DNA of 64,000 bases from Meiothermus sp. (GTDB lineage: Bacteria; Deinococcota; Deinococci; Deinococcales; Thermaceae). A model generated the notes under the pieces. The model saw only the letters and a list, made by a program, of their open reading frames with translations, ran no database searches and was not told where the DNA came from. Numbering within the stretch: the first letter of the stretch is position 1; the number at the start of each line of letters is the position of its first letter. Made by a program: the position numbers and the translations under genes. Positions 10,438-20,144 of this stretch are shown one piece after another. Location of the stretch: positions 1 through 64,000 of the forward strand of contig JANRLD010000047.1 in assembly GCA_033762915.1 (NCBI GenBank), in the 5' to 3' direction.

Positions 10438-11028
10438 ATGCCCAGACTGCCCAGAGTGCGCTGGTACAAGCGCCCGAATTGGCTGACCCTGAGCCGCATG
10501 GGGCTGGCCCTGATCCTGCCCTTCATATTCCAGATCAGCAACGCCGGGGCCATCGCGCTGTCCTGCCTGCTGCTGGCCCTGATGGGCCTGACCGACCTGC
10601 TGGACGGCTACTTTGCCCGCAAGTACGGCCTCGCGAGCCGGGGCGGCGAGCTGATCGACTCCACCGCCGACGGTTTCGCCCGCCTCACGGTGCTGGTTTT
10701 GTTTCTCGACGCCCGGCTGATCCCGCTGTGGATGGTGTTGGCCGTCTTCTGGCGCGACATGGTCTCGTGGTCGCTGCGCTTCATGGACTTGGCCCAACGC
10801 CGTGCCGCGGTGCGTAAGCGGCTCTCGGGCAAGGTCAATGGCACGGCGCAGTCGGCGGCCATCAGCCTGATCATGCTGGCCCTGCTTTGGGCGGCCCTGG
10901 CGGGCCAGCCCTACGCCGCCGAGCTGGTCTGGCTGGCGATGCTGGCCGGGGCCACCACCGCGCTATGGTCAGGTCTGGACTTGCTCATCACCCACCGACA
11001 AACTTTGCGCTCTTTCCTGCGCTCATAG
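10438..11028 (+). CDS. CDP-alcohol phosphatidyltransferase (PgsA-like)
   Basis: PNWLTLSR and the DLLDGYFARK...G..IDSTAD signature. Confidence 0.88.
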   Translation: MPRLPRVRWYKRPNWLTLSRMGLALILPFIFQISNAGAIALSCLLLALMGLTDLLDGYFARKYGLASRGGELIDSTADGFARLTVLVLFLDARLIPLWMVLAVFWRDMVSWSLRFMDLAQRRAAVRKRLSGKVNGTAQSAAISLIMLALLWAALAGQPYAAELVWLAMLAGATTALWSGLDLLITHRQTLRSFLRS

Positions 11029-11573
11029 CGGGCTGATCAAGCGGTCTGTACGGGGTTGCGGCGTTAGCGAAATCGCCCCTCGTTGGGGGCTGACTCGAGA
11101 CCCCCCTCCCACATTTGGCTTGCCACGCTGCCGGGCAGGCCCGGCAGCGGGTTGACAACAAGGAGCCTCGAGGCCACTTCCTATTCGACGTGTGCAAGCG
11201 CAAAGTTGCACTACCTTAAATGTCGCCCAACGCCATCGCATTTTCACTTAAACCAAGTACAATATGTAATGGTTACGCATTCTAAATCGGTTTAGAAATT
11301 GTAACCAACCCGGGGGAAAGGTGCGTACTCACAGCAAAACCTCACGGGACTCCTGCGCGGGCGCGAGCCGACTGGAAACGAATAGATTATGGCGGCCCAG
11401 GGTTTTTGTGGAAGTTTTGCAGTTCAAGGTGTACCATACTTTCTCAGCGTAGCGGAGTCATGGCTGGGGCACACTTACGGCGGATAGAGCATCTACGATT
11501 TTCATCTGAAAGATGGCTCATTCGGCCAGTAAGGGACCCGGCGCTCCTCGGAATAGGAAGTGATCTAGAGAAG

Positions 11574-12146
11574 ATGAAGACGGCTTTGTTTATCGACGGC
11601 TCATACATGTACGACGCAGCCAAGCGGCTGGGGTGGAACGTGGATCACCGCCGAGCCATCGGGCTGTTCGCCAAGCCCGATGACCTCTACAACGCGTTCT
11701 ATTACGCCCCGGTGACCGACGCCAGCGACGAGCGGCAGCAGAAGTTCCTCGACGCGCTGGTGTTCATGGGCTACACCGTGCGCAGCCGTGAGACCCACGG
11801 CGACCCCCGCTTCGAGGCCATGATGGCCACCGACCTGCTGATCACCTCCCCCCGCTGGGAGCGGGCTGTGATCGCCAGCGGCTCCGGCGACCTGCACCAC
11901 ACCCTGGCCGCCCTGCGCGCGCAGGGTAAGGAGATCCACCTGATGGGAGTGCCCGAGCTGACCGACCTCGAGCTGCGCAACCAGTCCGACCGCTACCTCG
12001 ACGTGCGCGAGATGCAGGCCGACCTCGAGCGCCAGGGCGGCGGGCGGCGCACCTACCCGCTTAACCAGGATCACGGCCAAAGCTCCCACTCCCAGGAGGG
12101 CTCCTCGCAGCGCCTGATGGAAGAACTGGACAACGAGTTGCGCTAA
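11574..12146 (+). CDS. NYN domain (LabA/DUF88) protein
   Basis: TALFIDGS, AFYY, IASGSGD, LRAQGKEI, ELRNQSDRYLD. Confidence 0.85.
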   Translation: MKTALFIDGSYMYDAAKRLGWNVDHRRAIGLFAKPDDLYNAFYYAPVTDASDERQQKFLDALVFMGYTVRSRETHGDPRFEAMMATDLLITSPRWERAVIASGSGDLHHTLAALRAQGKEIHLMGVPELTDLELRNQSDRYLDVREMQADLERQGGGRRTYPLNQDHGQSSHSQEGSSQRLMEELDNELR

Positions 12147-12160
12147 CGCGCCCTGGGCAA

Positions 12161-12191
12161 AGAAAGCATGGCGCTCAAGCCATGCTTTTTT
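12161..12191 (+). terminator. Rho-independent terminator
   Basis: AAAGCATGGC/GCCATGCTTT stem followed by a T-run, after the NYN gene. Confidence 0.75.
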
Positions 12192-12264
12192 GTTGCCGAC
12201 CCGCCCCGTGACTCCGCTGCGGCGCAGACAGCGCACGGGGCACTTCCTCGCGTACCCACCTCCC

Positions 12265-12441
12265 CTAAGTTGCGCCAGGGTAGAAGTGCGGAATCGGTGG
12301 AAGCGGCAAATACGTGCCTGGGCGGAGCGGCTACCCAGGGCGGAGTGGCGTGCGCCATAGCCGCAGAGCGGCTACCCGAGGCGCAATTCCTTGCGGGAGC
12401 TGGCGGGCGACATGCTGCATTGCAACGATGGAGACACTTAA
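12265..12441 (+). repeat. Dispersed MITE/REP-like repeat
   Basis: CTAAGTTGCGCCAGGGTAG...GGAGTGGCGTGCGCCATAGCCGCAGAGCGGCTACCCG...GAGACACTTAA. Confidence 0.85.
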
Positions 12442-12553
12442 GTATCTCCATCATGAAAGTGCCAAATGGCTCTCCGGGATGTCCACAAAGGGATTGCGCC
12501 AGGCAGCCGCTTGCTGCGTCCAGCTTTCGCAAACCTACCCTGGCGCAACTTAA
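12438..12553 (-). repeat. Inverted short copy of the same repeat, abutting the previous copy
   Basis: Reverse complement TTAAGTTGCGCCAGGGTAGGTTTGCG...GATGGAGATACTTAA; shares the TTAA at 12438-12441. Confidence 0.8.
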
Positions 12554-12584
12554 CCCCTCGATTCTTTATACTGTTTCGCACACG

Positions 12585-13700
12585 ATGGAGACCCTCGAGA
12601 CCACGCCGCGCTTCCCCACCCTGATAGACCCCCCTGACGTGCTGGTGGTGGGGGCGGGCCTGGCGGGCCTGGCAGCGGCCAGGGACCTGGCCCGCGCCGG
12701 GCTGAGCGTTCACGTGCTGGACAAGTCGCGCGGGGTCTCGGGGCGAGCCGCCACCCGGTGGCTGGAGGTGGACGGGCGCACCGTGCGGGTGGACCACGGG
12801 GCGCAGCACTTCACCGCGCGGGGCAACCAGCTACGGATGACCCTGCCCGACCTGATCGCAAACGGCACCGTGCGCGAGTGGGCCCAGAGCTTCCCGGTGC
12901 TGGGCGAGAAGGGCATCGAGGGGCGCGAGCCCGAGCGCCCGCGCTACGTCTGCCCCAACGGGATGAGCGCCCTGGGCAAGGCCTTCCAGCGGGGCTTCCT
13001 GCCCGAGGATAAGGCCCTGGCCCTCGAGACCAAGGCCACCGCCCAGAGCATCGTGCGGGGCGAGGCCACCGGTTTTTGGAACGTGCTGCTCGAAGACGGG
13101 CGGGTGCGCAGCGGACACTACCTCATCCTCAACCTGCCCGCCCCCCAGGCCCTCAAGCTGGGGGGCGACGCCCTCAAGCCCGAGCTTCGACTGGCGCTGC
13201 AGAGCGTGCGCTTCGACCCCTGCTGGGCGGCGATGCTGGTCTTTGAAGAGTTGCCCTACCTGGACTGGGTCGGACTCGAGATACGCCACCCGATTCTGGG
13301 CTGGGCCGCCCTCGACCACACCAAGCGCCCACTGCCCGATCCCCCGGTGCTGGTGCTGCAAACCACCCCAAGGTGGAGCCGCGAGCACCTCGAGCTGACC
13401 TCCGAGGAGGCCCTGCGGCAGATCGTGGGGGCCGCCCAGGAGTTGTTCGGGGCCTGGGTGGGCCGCTACCGCCTGGGGGTGGCCCACCGCTGGCGCTACG
13501 CATTCGCGGCCCAGACGCACCCTTTTGCCTACCTGGCCCAGGACAATCTGGTATTGTGCGGCGACTGGTGTGTGGAGCCCGGCGTGCTGTCTATGGGCAC
13601 CGGGCGCATCGAAGGGGCGCTGGAGAGCGGCTGGGCCGCCGCCGACTACATCCTCGGTCGCACGTCCGGGCTCCATTCGCCGGCCGGCGAGACCCGCTGA
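12585..13700 (+). CDS. NAD(P)/FAD-dependent oxidoreductase (renalase-like)
   Basis: VVGAGLAGL, DKSRGVSGRAATR, DHGAQHFT, HRWRYA, CGDWC; TATACT -10 upstream. Confidence 0.88.
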   Translation: METLETTPRFPTLIDPPDVLVVGAGLAGLAAARDLARAGLSVHVLDKSRGVSGRAATRWLEVDGRTVRVDHGAQHFTARGNQLRMTLPDLIANGTVREWAQSFPVLGEKGIEGREPERPRYVCPNGMSALGKAFQRGFLPEDKALALETKATAQSIVRGEATGFWNVLLEDGRVRSGHYLILNLPAPQALKLGGDALKPELRLALQSVRFDPCWAAMLVFEELPYLDWVGLEIRHPILGWAALDHTKRPLPDPPVLVLQTTPRWSREHLELTSEEALRQIVGAAQELFGAWVGRYRLGVAHRWRYAFAAQTHPFAYLAQDNLVLCGDWCVEPGVLSMGTGRIEGALESGWAAADYILGRTSGLHSPAGETR

Positions 13701-13707
13701 CCTTGCC

Positions 13708-14838
13708 ATGTTGCCCCGACCCGCGCAAAACCCCTTCACCACCTCCGAGGTCGCCGACCCGCTCGAGAGCATCCGCGTCCGCCTGACCCTGTGGCTGCTG
13801 CCCCTGGGGGCCTTGGCGGCCCTGCTGGCCTGGGGCTTCTCGGCCGTGGCACAGCAGCTCAGCCCGCCCGACGCCTGGCTGCTGTGGCCGCTGGCGCTGA
13901 CCTTCGTCGCCCTGGAAATTCACCTCTTCCGCAACCCCCGCCGCATCAACCGGGTCTGGCTGATCGCGCTGGGGGTGATCTCGGTCTATACCATCACCCA
14001 GGTCTTCTACGAGGCGGGCTTCCGGCTCCACCAGCACCAGAGCATTAGCCCGGCCCTGTTGTGGTTCCCGATGGTCTACCTGATGGCCTTTGTTTCCTTT
14101 GGGCGCAGGCAGGCGGTGGTGTTTTCGGTCTACTACCTGCTGGCGGGACTGCTGGCAGGGGTGGCAGGGCTGGTCTGGTACAGCCCCCCGCTCTCGGCGG
14201 TGGCGGTCAACGCGGCGGCCCAGTTCGCGCTGTCTAACCTGACCTACGTGCTGCTGCTCTACATCTTCGCCCACCTGCGCCGCTACTACGCCCAGATGCA
14301 CCAGATGGCCTACTCCGACCACCTCACCGGCCTCTCCAACCGGCGCAGCCTCCAGGGGGCCCTGGAGGCCGAGCTCGAGCGGGCCAAGCGATACAAACGC
14401 CCCTTCGCGGTGCTGGCCCTGGACATCGACCACTTCAAGCGCATCAACGACAGCGCGGGCCACGCGGTCGGCGACCAGGTGCTGCGCGAGATGGCCAGCC
14501 GGCTGGCCCAGCACCTGCGCGACACCGACCGGGCGGCCCGCTGGGGCGGCGAGGAGTTCTTAGTGCTGGCCCCCGAAACCGACCTTTCCGCCGCCCACGC
14601 GCTGGCCAGCAGGCTCCACCACGACATAAGGAGCGAGCCAGTGGCGGGGCTGCCGGTCACCATCAGCATCGGGGTGGCCTGCTACCGCGAGGGCGACAGC
14701 ATCGCGGGCCTCCTGAGCCGCGCCGACGAGGCCCTCTACCGGGCCAAGGCCGCCGGCCGCAACCGGGTGATGGTCGAAGAGGAGCCCAAGCCGCCCACCC
14801 CCACGCTGCCCGGCGTCAAGAGGACGAAAACGGATTGA
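13708..14838 (+). CDS. Membrane-bound diguanylate cyclase (GGDEF domain)
   Basis: About 6 TM segments; DHLTGLSNRR, DIDHFKRIND, RWGGEEF. Confidence 0.9.
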   Translation: MLPRPAQNPFTTSEVADPLESIRVRLTLWLLPLGALAALLAWGFSAVAQQLSPPDAWLLWPLALTFVALEIHLFRNPRRINRVWLIALGVISVYTITQVFYEAGFRLHQHQSISPALLWFPMVYLMAFVSFGRRQAVVFSVYYLLAGLLAGVAGLVWYSPPLSAVAVNAAAQFALSNLTYVLLLYIFAHLRRYYAQMHQMAYSDHLTGLSNRRSLQGALEAELERAKRYKRPFAVLALDIDHFKRINDSAGHAVGDQVLREMASRLAQHLRDTDRAARWGGEEFLVLAPETDLSAAHALASRLHHDIRSEPVAGLPVTISIGVACYREGDSIAGLLSRADEALYRAKAAGRNRVMVEEEPKPPTPTLPGVKRTKTD

Positions 14839-15493
14839 AGCGGGTCTCGCGGTCGTAGTAGTCCTCGTTCTCGGCCCGCTTGAGGAAACCCACGATGGCG
14901 TAGGTGACCGGGGTGAAGAGGATTTCGACCCCCACCTTGAATACATAGTTAGAGACGAAGACCGCCCAAAGCAGGGCGTTGTCCCAGACGCCGTAGAAGG
15001 CGATCAGCAAGAAGATCGCGGTGTCCAGCGACTGCGCCACCAGCGTCGAGCCGATCGTCCTCAGCGCCAGCCAGCGCCCGTTGGTGGCGACCTTCAGTTT
15101 CGCCAGGATGTAGCTGTTGACGAACTCGCCCACCAGGTAGGCCACCAGGCTGGCCAGCACGATGCGCGGCACTAGGCCCAGAATGGTGCTAAAGGCCTGT
15201 GCACCGGTCTGGCTCTGGGGGTCTGAGGGGGCGGGCAGGGCGTTCACCAGCCCGAAGGTGAGGGAGGCCAGCAGCAGCAGGAAGAAGCCCGTCCAAATCA
15301 CCCGGCGGCTGCGCTTGTAGCCGTAGACCTCGGTCAGCACGTCGCCGAAGATATAGGCCAGCGGGAAGAGCAGGGTCCCCCCGTCGAAGGTCAGGGAGCC
15401 GAGTTGCACCACCTTGGTCGAGGCGATGTTGGATACGACCAGCACCACCGCGAACAGGGCCGTGGTCAGGTCGAGATAGCGGTAGGGACGCAT
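14816..15493 (-). CDS. Queuosine precursor transporter (YhhQ/Vut family)
   Basis: SNIASTK, FPLAYIFGDVLTEVYG, RTIGST, DTAIF. Confidence 0.88.
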   Translation of the reverse strand: MRPYRYLDLTTALFAVVLVVSNIASTKVVQLGSLTFDGGTLLFPLAYIFGDVLTEVYGYKRSRRVIWTGFFLLLLASLTFGLVNALPAPSDPQSQTGAQAFSTILGLVPRIVLASLVAYLVGEFVNSYILAKLKVATNGRWLALRTIGSTLVAQSLDTAIFLLIAFYGVWDNALLWAVFVSNYVFKVGVEILFTPVTYAIVGFLKRAENEDYYDRETRFNPFSSS

Positions 15494-15782
15494 AGACAAC
15501 CGGACATGGTAGCACAGACGGGGGCAAAGACCGCATGAGCGCATTGGGCAAGTGGGCTAAATCCGAGCCGGGTAGGGTGGGCAATGCCTTCCGCACCTCC
15601 CCCGGATAAACTCGAGCCGTACACAACCATCGCCGCTGGAGGAGTTTGAAGAGTGGGAGGCTCGAGTTTCCAGCAACCGGCTCGGCCAGGGGTGACCGTG
15701 GGTACAGCCCGCCCTACCGAACCTACTGTTAAGGTTGGTTGCATGCAGATTACTCATCGTCTATATCTAAAGAAGACACCTG

Positions 15783-16370
15783 CTACAACCGCTTCGCGAA
15801 CTGAATGCACTCGTGGACTCGAGCCTACCGCCCGCGAATCGCCTCAATCTCCGAACCCGTGTAATGGGCAAAGGTGTAAGCGGGTCTGAGGCCGGGAACC
15901 TCCGAGGACAGTCCGTCCTGCCCCTCAACATAGACGTGCCAGTACGAATTTCCCGGCGAAAAGCCTGACCGCTCGTACCACCCGCGTACCCAGGGATCGT
16001 CCCGCGTCCAGGCCTCGAGGTACTCTAGCCCCAGCGCCCTCGAGCGGCGCACCGCCTCCCCCAGCAGCGCCGCACCGACGCCCCGTCGCTTGTGGTCGGG
16101 ATGGGTGGTGATGTGCCAGATCATTCCGCCGCGCCGCGTCTCGTAGGCGGTGCAGACTTGGGCGGGCTCGAGGTCGTACTCCACGTCGAGCAGACCCACA
16201 ATCTGCCCCTCGAGTTCGGCGACCAGCTCGAGGGCGGGGTTGTGGTAGTGCTCCTTGGCCTGCTTCACGTCGTCGTGGTAGGCGGTCTCGAGGAAGGCCA
16301 GCACCCGGCAGCGCAACCAGCCCTGCTCGTCTCGAGGCTCGTAGTCACGAATGACCAGGACGGATCGCAA
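15783..16370 (-). CDS. GNAT acetyltransferase with an in-frame TAG (15825-15827) near the C-terminus
   Basis: WLRCRVLAFL, HPDHKRRGVG, LEAWTRDD; the frame continues ARVHECIQFAKRL after the TAG. Confidence 0.75.
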
Positions 16371-16380
16371 GGAAGAGCGG

Positions 16381-16911
16381 CTACTCCTGCGAGGTGATGA
16401 AGGGCAGGTTGCGGTCGAGCTGGGCGCGGTCGAGGCCGTAGCCGTACACGAAGGCGTCCTCGATCTCGAAGCCCAGGTAGTGGACGGGCACCTCGACGCG
16501 GCGGCGGCTGGGCTTGGAGAGCAGCGCGGCGATCTTGAGCGAGGCCGGCTGGCGGGCCTCGAGCAGCCGCACCAGATAGTTCAGGGTGATGCCGGTGTCT
16601 ACGATGTCCTCGACGATGATGACGTGGCGGCCCGAGATGGGGATGCGTAAGTCCTTGAGAAGTTCCACCTCGCCGGAGGTCTTCTGTGCGTTTCCGTACG
16701 AAGACACCGCCAGGAAGTCCATCGAGATGGGCATGTCAATCGAGCGCACCAGGTCGGCCATGAACACGAAGGCCCCGTTGAGCACGCAGACCAGGTGGGG
16801 CTCCTGCCCCGCATAGTCACTTTGTATTTTTCGCCCTAGCTCGCCGATCCGCGCTTTTATTTGCGCCTCGCTGATTTGCACCTTGCCCTTGCCCGCCGCG
16901 AACACGTTCAT
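16381..16911 (-). CDS. hpt: Hypoxanthine phosphoribosyltransferase
   Basis: VLNGAFVFMADL, SSYG, IIVEDIVDTG, FVYGYGLD, RNLP. Confidence 0.95.
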   Translation of the reverse strand: MNVFAAGKGKVQISEAQIKARIGELGRKIQSDYAGQEPHLVCVLNGAFVFMADLVRSIDMPISMDFLAVSSYGNAQKTSGEVELLKDLRIPISGRHVIIVEDIVDTGITLNYLVRLLEARQPASLKIAALLSKPSRRRVEVPVHYLGFEIEDAFVYGYGLDRAQLDRNLPFITSQE

Positions 16912-18292
16912 CGCCCGATTTTACGGTAGGCTTCGGCTTTTGCGAAATGGGCTTGACGGACTTTTGGGCCGGTGGCTGCGCGGCTCGAGGCTTTGAGCCC
17001 TCCCTGGAGCGCTGCGGTTTGGCGTCGGCGAAGCGGGTCTTGGGGCCAGCGGCTTCGCCCTCAGGCCGGCGGCTTTTGGCAGGAGTTCGGGCCTCGACTG
17101 GCCGGGGTCGAGCCCCCCGAGCCGCGCCTTCAACGCTGCGCCCGCTGGGCCTCGTCCTGGCGTCCTGAGCGGTCGGCCTCGCGGCTCGGGCCTCCCCTTC
17201 CGGCCTGCGGCTCCGCCGGGGCCGGTCCTCGGGTGTCGAGCTGCGCTGGGGAAGCTCGGCCTTGGGCTTCCTGGGCGGTCGGGCCTCCCGGGACTGGGGG
17301 TCGAAGCCCTGGGCTCGAGGCGCCTGGGCGGGAGCCTTGTTGGCACGGCCCGGGCGTTGGCTGGCCGACGCCGGGATTTCGGCGGCGTCTTCGGCCCCAA
17401 GACGCTGCATCACCCTGGCAATGCGGGCCTGGTTGGCCTCACCAAGGGCCGATGCGCCCGATGCTCGAGGCTTGCCGCTCGGCTTGCCGCCCGAGGCTGA
17501 CCCCGCCTTGCCTGCCGGGCGCGGCGGTTTTTGGCCTGCGTCCTGCGGCTTGGGGGCACGGCGCTGCTTGGCGGCGGGCGTCGGCTTGCGCAGCTTGGGG
17601 GGGGCCGCGCCTTCCATCAGCAGCTGAACCTCGGGGGGCTCGAGGTAGCGGTACTCGCCCGGCTTCAGCTCGCCCAGCTCGATCACCCCCACCGCCAAAC
17701 GCACCAGCCGCTCGACCGGGTGCCCGAGCTTGCCCAGCATCCGCCGCACCTCGCGCTTGCGGCCCTCGGTCAGCACCAGCTTGGCCCCCTCCTTGGTGGG
17801 AACGGCCTCGACAGCCTTGGCGAAGCCGTCGCCCAGCATCAAGCCCTCGATCAGGCGCTGGCACTCGAGCACGCTCAGGCGGCCCTTTTTGCTCCAGACC
17901 CGGTAGAGCTTGGGCACCTCGTTGGAGGGGTGGGTGAGCTTCTGAGTGAGGTTGCCGTCGTTGGTGAGCAGCAGCAGCCCCTCGGTGTCCTTGTCGAGTC
18001 GGCCCACCGAATGCAGGCCGGGGTGCTCGGGCACCAACTGGTAGACCAGCTTCTCGGCGTGCTCGTCCTCGTGGGTGGTGGTGTAGCCCTTGGGCTTGTT
18101 AAGCGCGATAACCACACTGCGGGTGGGCATCCGCACCCGCTCGCCATCGAGGCGCACCACGTCCCGCTCCCCCACCACCGCGCCGAGCTCTGCCACCTGG
18201 TTGTTGATTGTCACGCGTCCGGCCCGGATCAACTCCTCGGCCTTGCGCCGACTGGTCACGCCCGAACGGGCAAGGTATTGCTGTAAACGCAT
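16817..18292 (-). CDS. RsuA/RluB-family pseudouridine synthase with a long basic low-complexity tail
   Basis: S4 domain MRLQQYLARSGVTSRR, NKPKG, GRLDKDTEGLL, EGRKREVRR. Confidence 0.9.
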   Translation of the reverse strand: MRLQQYLARSGVTSRRKAEELIRAGRVTINNQVAELGAVVGERDVVRLDGERVRMPTRSVVIALNKPKGYTTTHEDEHAEKLVYQLVPEHPGLHSVGRLDKDTEGLLLLTNDGNLTQKLTHPSNEVPKLYRVWSKKGRLSVLECQRLIEGLMLGDGFAKAVEAVPTKEGAKLVLTEGRKREVRRMLGKLGHPVERLVRLAVGVIELGELKPGEYRYLEPPEVQLLMEGAAPPKLRKPTPAAKQRRAPKPQDAGQKPPRPAGKAGSASGGKPSGKPRASGASALGEANQARIARVMQRLGAEDAAEIPASASQRPGRANKAPAQAPRAQGFDPQSREARPPRKPKAELPQRSSTPEDRPRRSRRPEGEARAARPTAQDARTRPSGRSVEGAARGARPRPVEARTPAKSRRPEGEAAGPKTRFADAKPQRSREGSKPRAAQPPAQKSVKPISQKPKPTVKSGDERVRGGQGQGANQRGANKSADRRARAKNTK

Positions 18293-18422
18293 GGATGTAG
18301 TGTCGGGGTTGGGGCAATGAGAGTCAAGGGCTGGGCGCGAAAGCGCCGGGGCGGAGGGCCGAGAGTAAGGGGATACGAAGCGCTCGAGCGGGCGGAGAGT
18401 TGGCGCATAAGCTGCGCTCGGC

Positions 18423-18532
18423 CAGACTTGCACCACCGGCAGAAGCGGTACGTGCGCGCTGCGGTGCAAGCACGGGCGCAACCGCCCACCTTCCGGGGCG
18501 GCACCTCGCGCTTCTGCTGTGCAGATGCTTGA
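18423..18532 (+). repeat. Highly diverged copy of the dispersed repeat
   Basis: TTGCACCA...GGTGCAAGCACGGGCGCAA...GGGCGGCACCTCGCG...GCTGTGCAGATGCTTG resembles the copies at 36387 and 3858. Confidence 0.45.
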
Positions 18533-18613
18533 AAGCCCCTTTGGGCCAACCAGTCTCTCGAGACCCCGAGTCGGTGGTGACGGCAGTAAGGGGGCACGGT
18601 TCTTGGGTATCCC

Positions 18614-18644
18614 AAAAAGAAAGCCCCCCGAAAACGGGGAGCTT
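18614..18644 (-). terminator. Rho-independent terminator of the S41 peptidase genes
   Basis: Minus strand: AAGCTCCCCG-TTTT-CGGGGGGCTT followed by TCTTTTT. Confidence 0.8.
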
Positions 18645-18689
18645 CTCGATCTTGACGTACACCGTGTGAACTTCGACCCGAGACGGTCT

Positions 18690-20039
18690 CTAGCGGGCGA
18701 AAGCCAGGGAATAGTTGGGCCTGAGGTAAGCGCCGAAGTCGAGGCTGTTGGGCAGGGTCGCCGCGACGCCCATGGTCTGGAGCGCCTGGTCGATCACGTT
18801 ATCACGGCCCTGGTTGGCCAGCACCGCGATATCCAGCGAGCCCGCGATGTCCGGGCGCACCTGGGCCACGTAGCTGCTGCCGTCGGCGAAGAAGGCCCGA
18901 TTGTAGGAGATGTTGATGCCGCCGCCGTTGATCAGGTTGAAGGTCTGGGTGGTGGTGTTGCCGATGCCGGTGGTAGCCTCGCCAATCACCTTAACCCCCA
19001 CGCGCTGCAGGGCCGAGGCCAGGTACTCCGCGCCGGAGGCGCTGCCGCGATCGACCAGCACCACCACCGGGCCGTTCCAGCGGGCGAAGCCCTGGATCGG
19101 CAGGCGGTTGAGCACGGTGCCCTCGGCGTTTTGAATCACGGCCTGCTGGCCCCGGATCAGGTAGGTGGTGGACTGGGTGGCGTAGCGGTCGCGGAAGGTG
19201 ACCGAGGGGTTATCCACGAAGGCGGCCATGGCGATCAGGGCGTCGAGGGCGCTGCCGCCGGGGTTGCCGCGCAGCTCGAGGATGATCCCCCGTGCGTTCC
19301 TGCGCTGGGCCTCGGCCACCAGTTGGTGCACCCGCACCCCGACCTGGCCCTGCGGGAAGAACTCGGGGATCTTCAAGACCGCCACATTGTTGGCGAGGTA
19401 GCGGATAGAGGGGAAGCGGGCCAGGGCGATATCCTTGCCGGTCAGCCTCAGCTCGATTTTCTCGCGGGCGGTGCCGCGGGTGATGCTCAGGGTGACGGGG
19501 TTGCCCGACTGCACCTGCTGGTTGAGGAACTGCACCACCGCTTCGTCGGAGGCCAGTTCGCTGAGGCTGCGCCCGTTGACCGCGGTGATGCGGTCGCCGT
19601 ACTGGATGCCCGCCTCGAAGGCCGGGCCGTTCTCCACCACGTCCATCACCAGGCGATCCCTCGAGCCCTCGATGGCCCGGTGGGTCAGGCCGATGCGGAG
19701 GACGGTGGAGCGCTGGGTGCCCTGCCGCCCAGCCTGGGTGCGGCCCAGGTCTTCGGGGGACTGGTAGTAGGTGTGGTTGTCCTGCAACTCCTCGATCATG
19801 CTCTCGATTAGCGGCACCGCCTTCTCGAAGGCGCACTTGTCCTTGTCGGCGGCGCAGGCGGTATCGAGCTGAGCCTGGTACTTAGCACTCAGGCCTTTAA
19901 GGTCGAGGGTAGAGGGGCCGTTGTAGTAGAACTCGATGTAGAAGCTGGCCTGGTCGAACAAGTCCTGCGCGGGCGAGGGCGTCAGCGCCAGCGAGAGCGG
20001 GGCCAGCAGGACGGCCAAGGAAGCAAAGAGTTTACGCAT
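18690..20039 (-). CDS. S41 family peptidase with PDZ domain, secreted
   Basis: Signal peptide, LQDNHT, PDZ segment GPAFEAGIQYGD, ELRGNPGG, LVDRGSASGAE. Confidence 0.9.
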   Translation of the reverse strand: MRKLFASLAVLLAPLSLALTPSPAQDLFDQASFYIEFYYNGPSTLDLKGLSAKYQAQLDTACAADKDKCAFEKAVPLIESMIEELQDNHTYYQSPEDLGRTQAGRQGTQRSTVLRIGLTHRAIEGSRDRLVMDVVENGPAFEAGIQYGDRITAVNGRSLSELASDEAVVQFLNQQVQSGNPVTLSITRGTAREKIELRLTGKDIALARFPSIRYLANNVAVLKIPEFFPQGQVGVRVHQLVAEAQRRNARGIILELRGNPGGSALDALIAMAAFVDNPSVTFRDRYATQSTTYLIRGQQAVIQNAEGTVLNRLPIQGFARWNGPVVVLVDRGSASGAEYLASALQRVGVKVIGEATTGIGNTTTQTFNLINGGGINISYNRAFFADGSSYVAQVRPDIAGSLDIAVLANQGRDNVIDQALQTMGVAATLPNSLDFGAYLRPNYSLAFAR

Positions 20040-20144
20040 ATATCTCCTGTCGGAGGTCGGGGGTCCAGGGTCGAGAGCCGATAGCTGATGGCCGATGGCT
20101 TAGAGCTAAATCTCCCCTCTCCCCTCCTCCCTCTTTCTCTCTTG

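Noticed and set aside
12168..12584. N-terminal ORF extensions containing AAERLP(E/G)AQF (also at 62802-63044 and 57874-58056)
   Set aside because: These are translations of the dispersed repeat; the true starts are downstream, next to -10 elements
15494..15780. preQ1 riboswitch upstream of the queuosine precursor transporter
   Set aside because: No recognisable preQ1 stem-loop with an A-rich tail; a -10-like TACCAT lies close to the ATG
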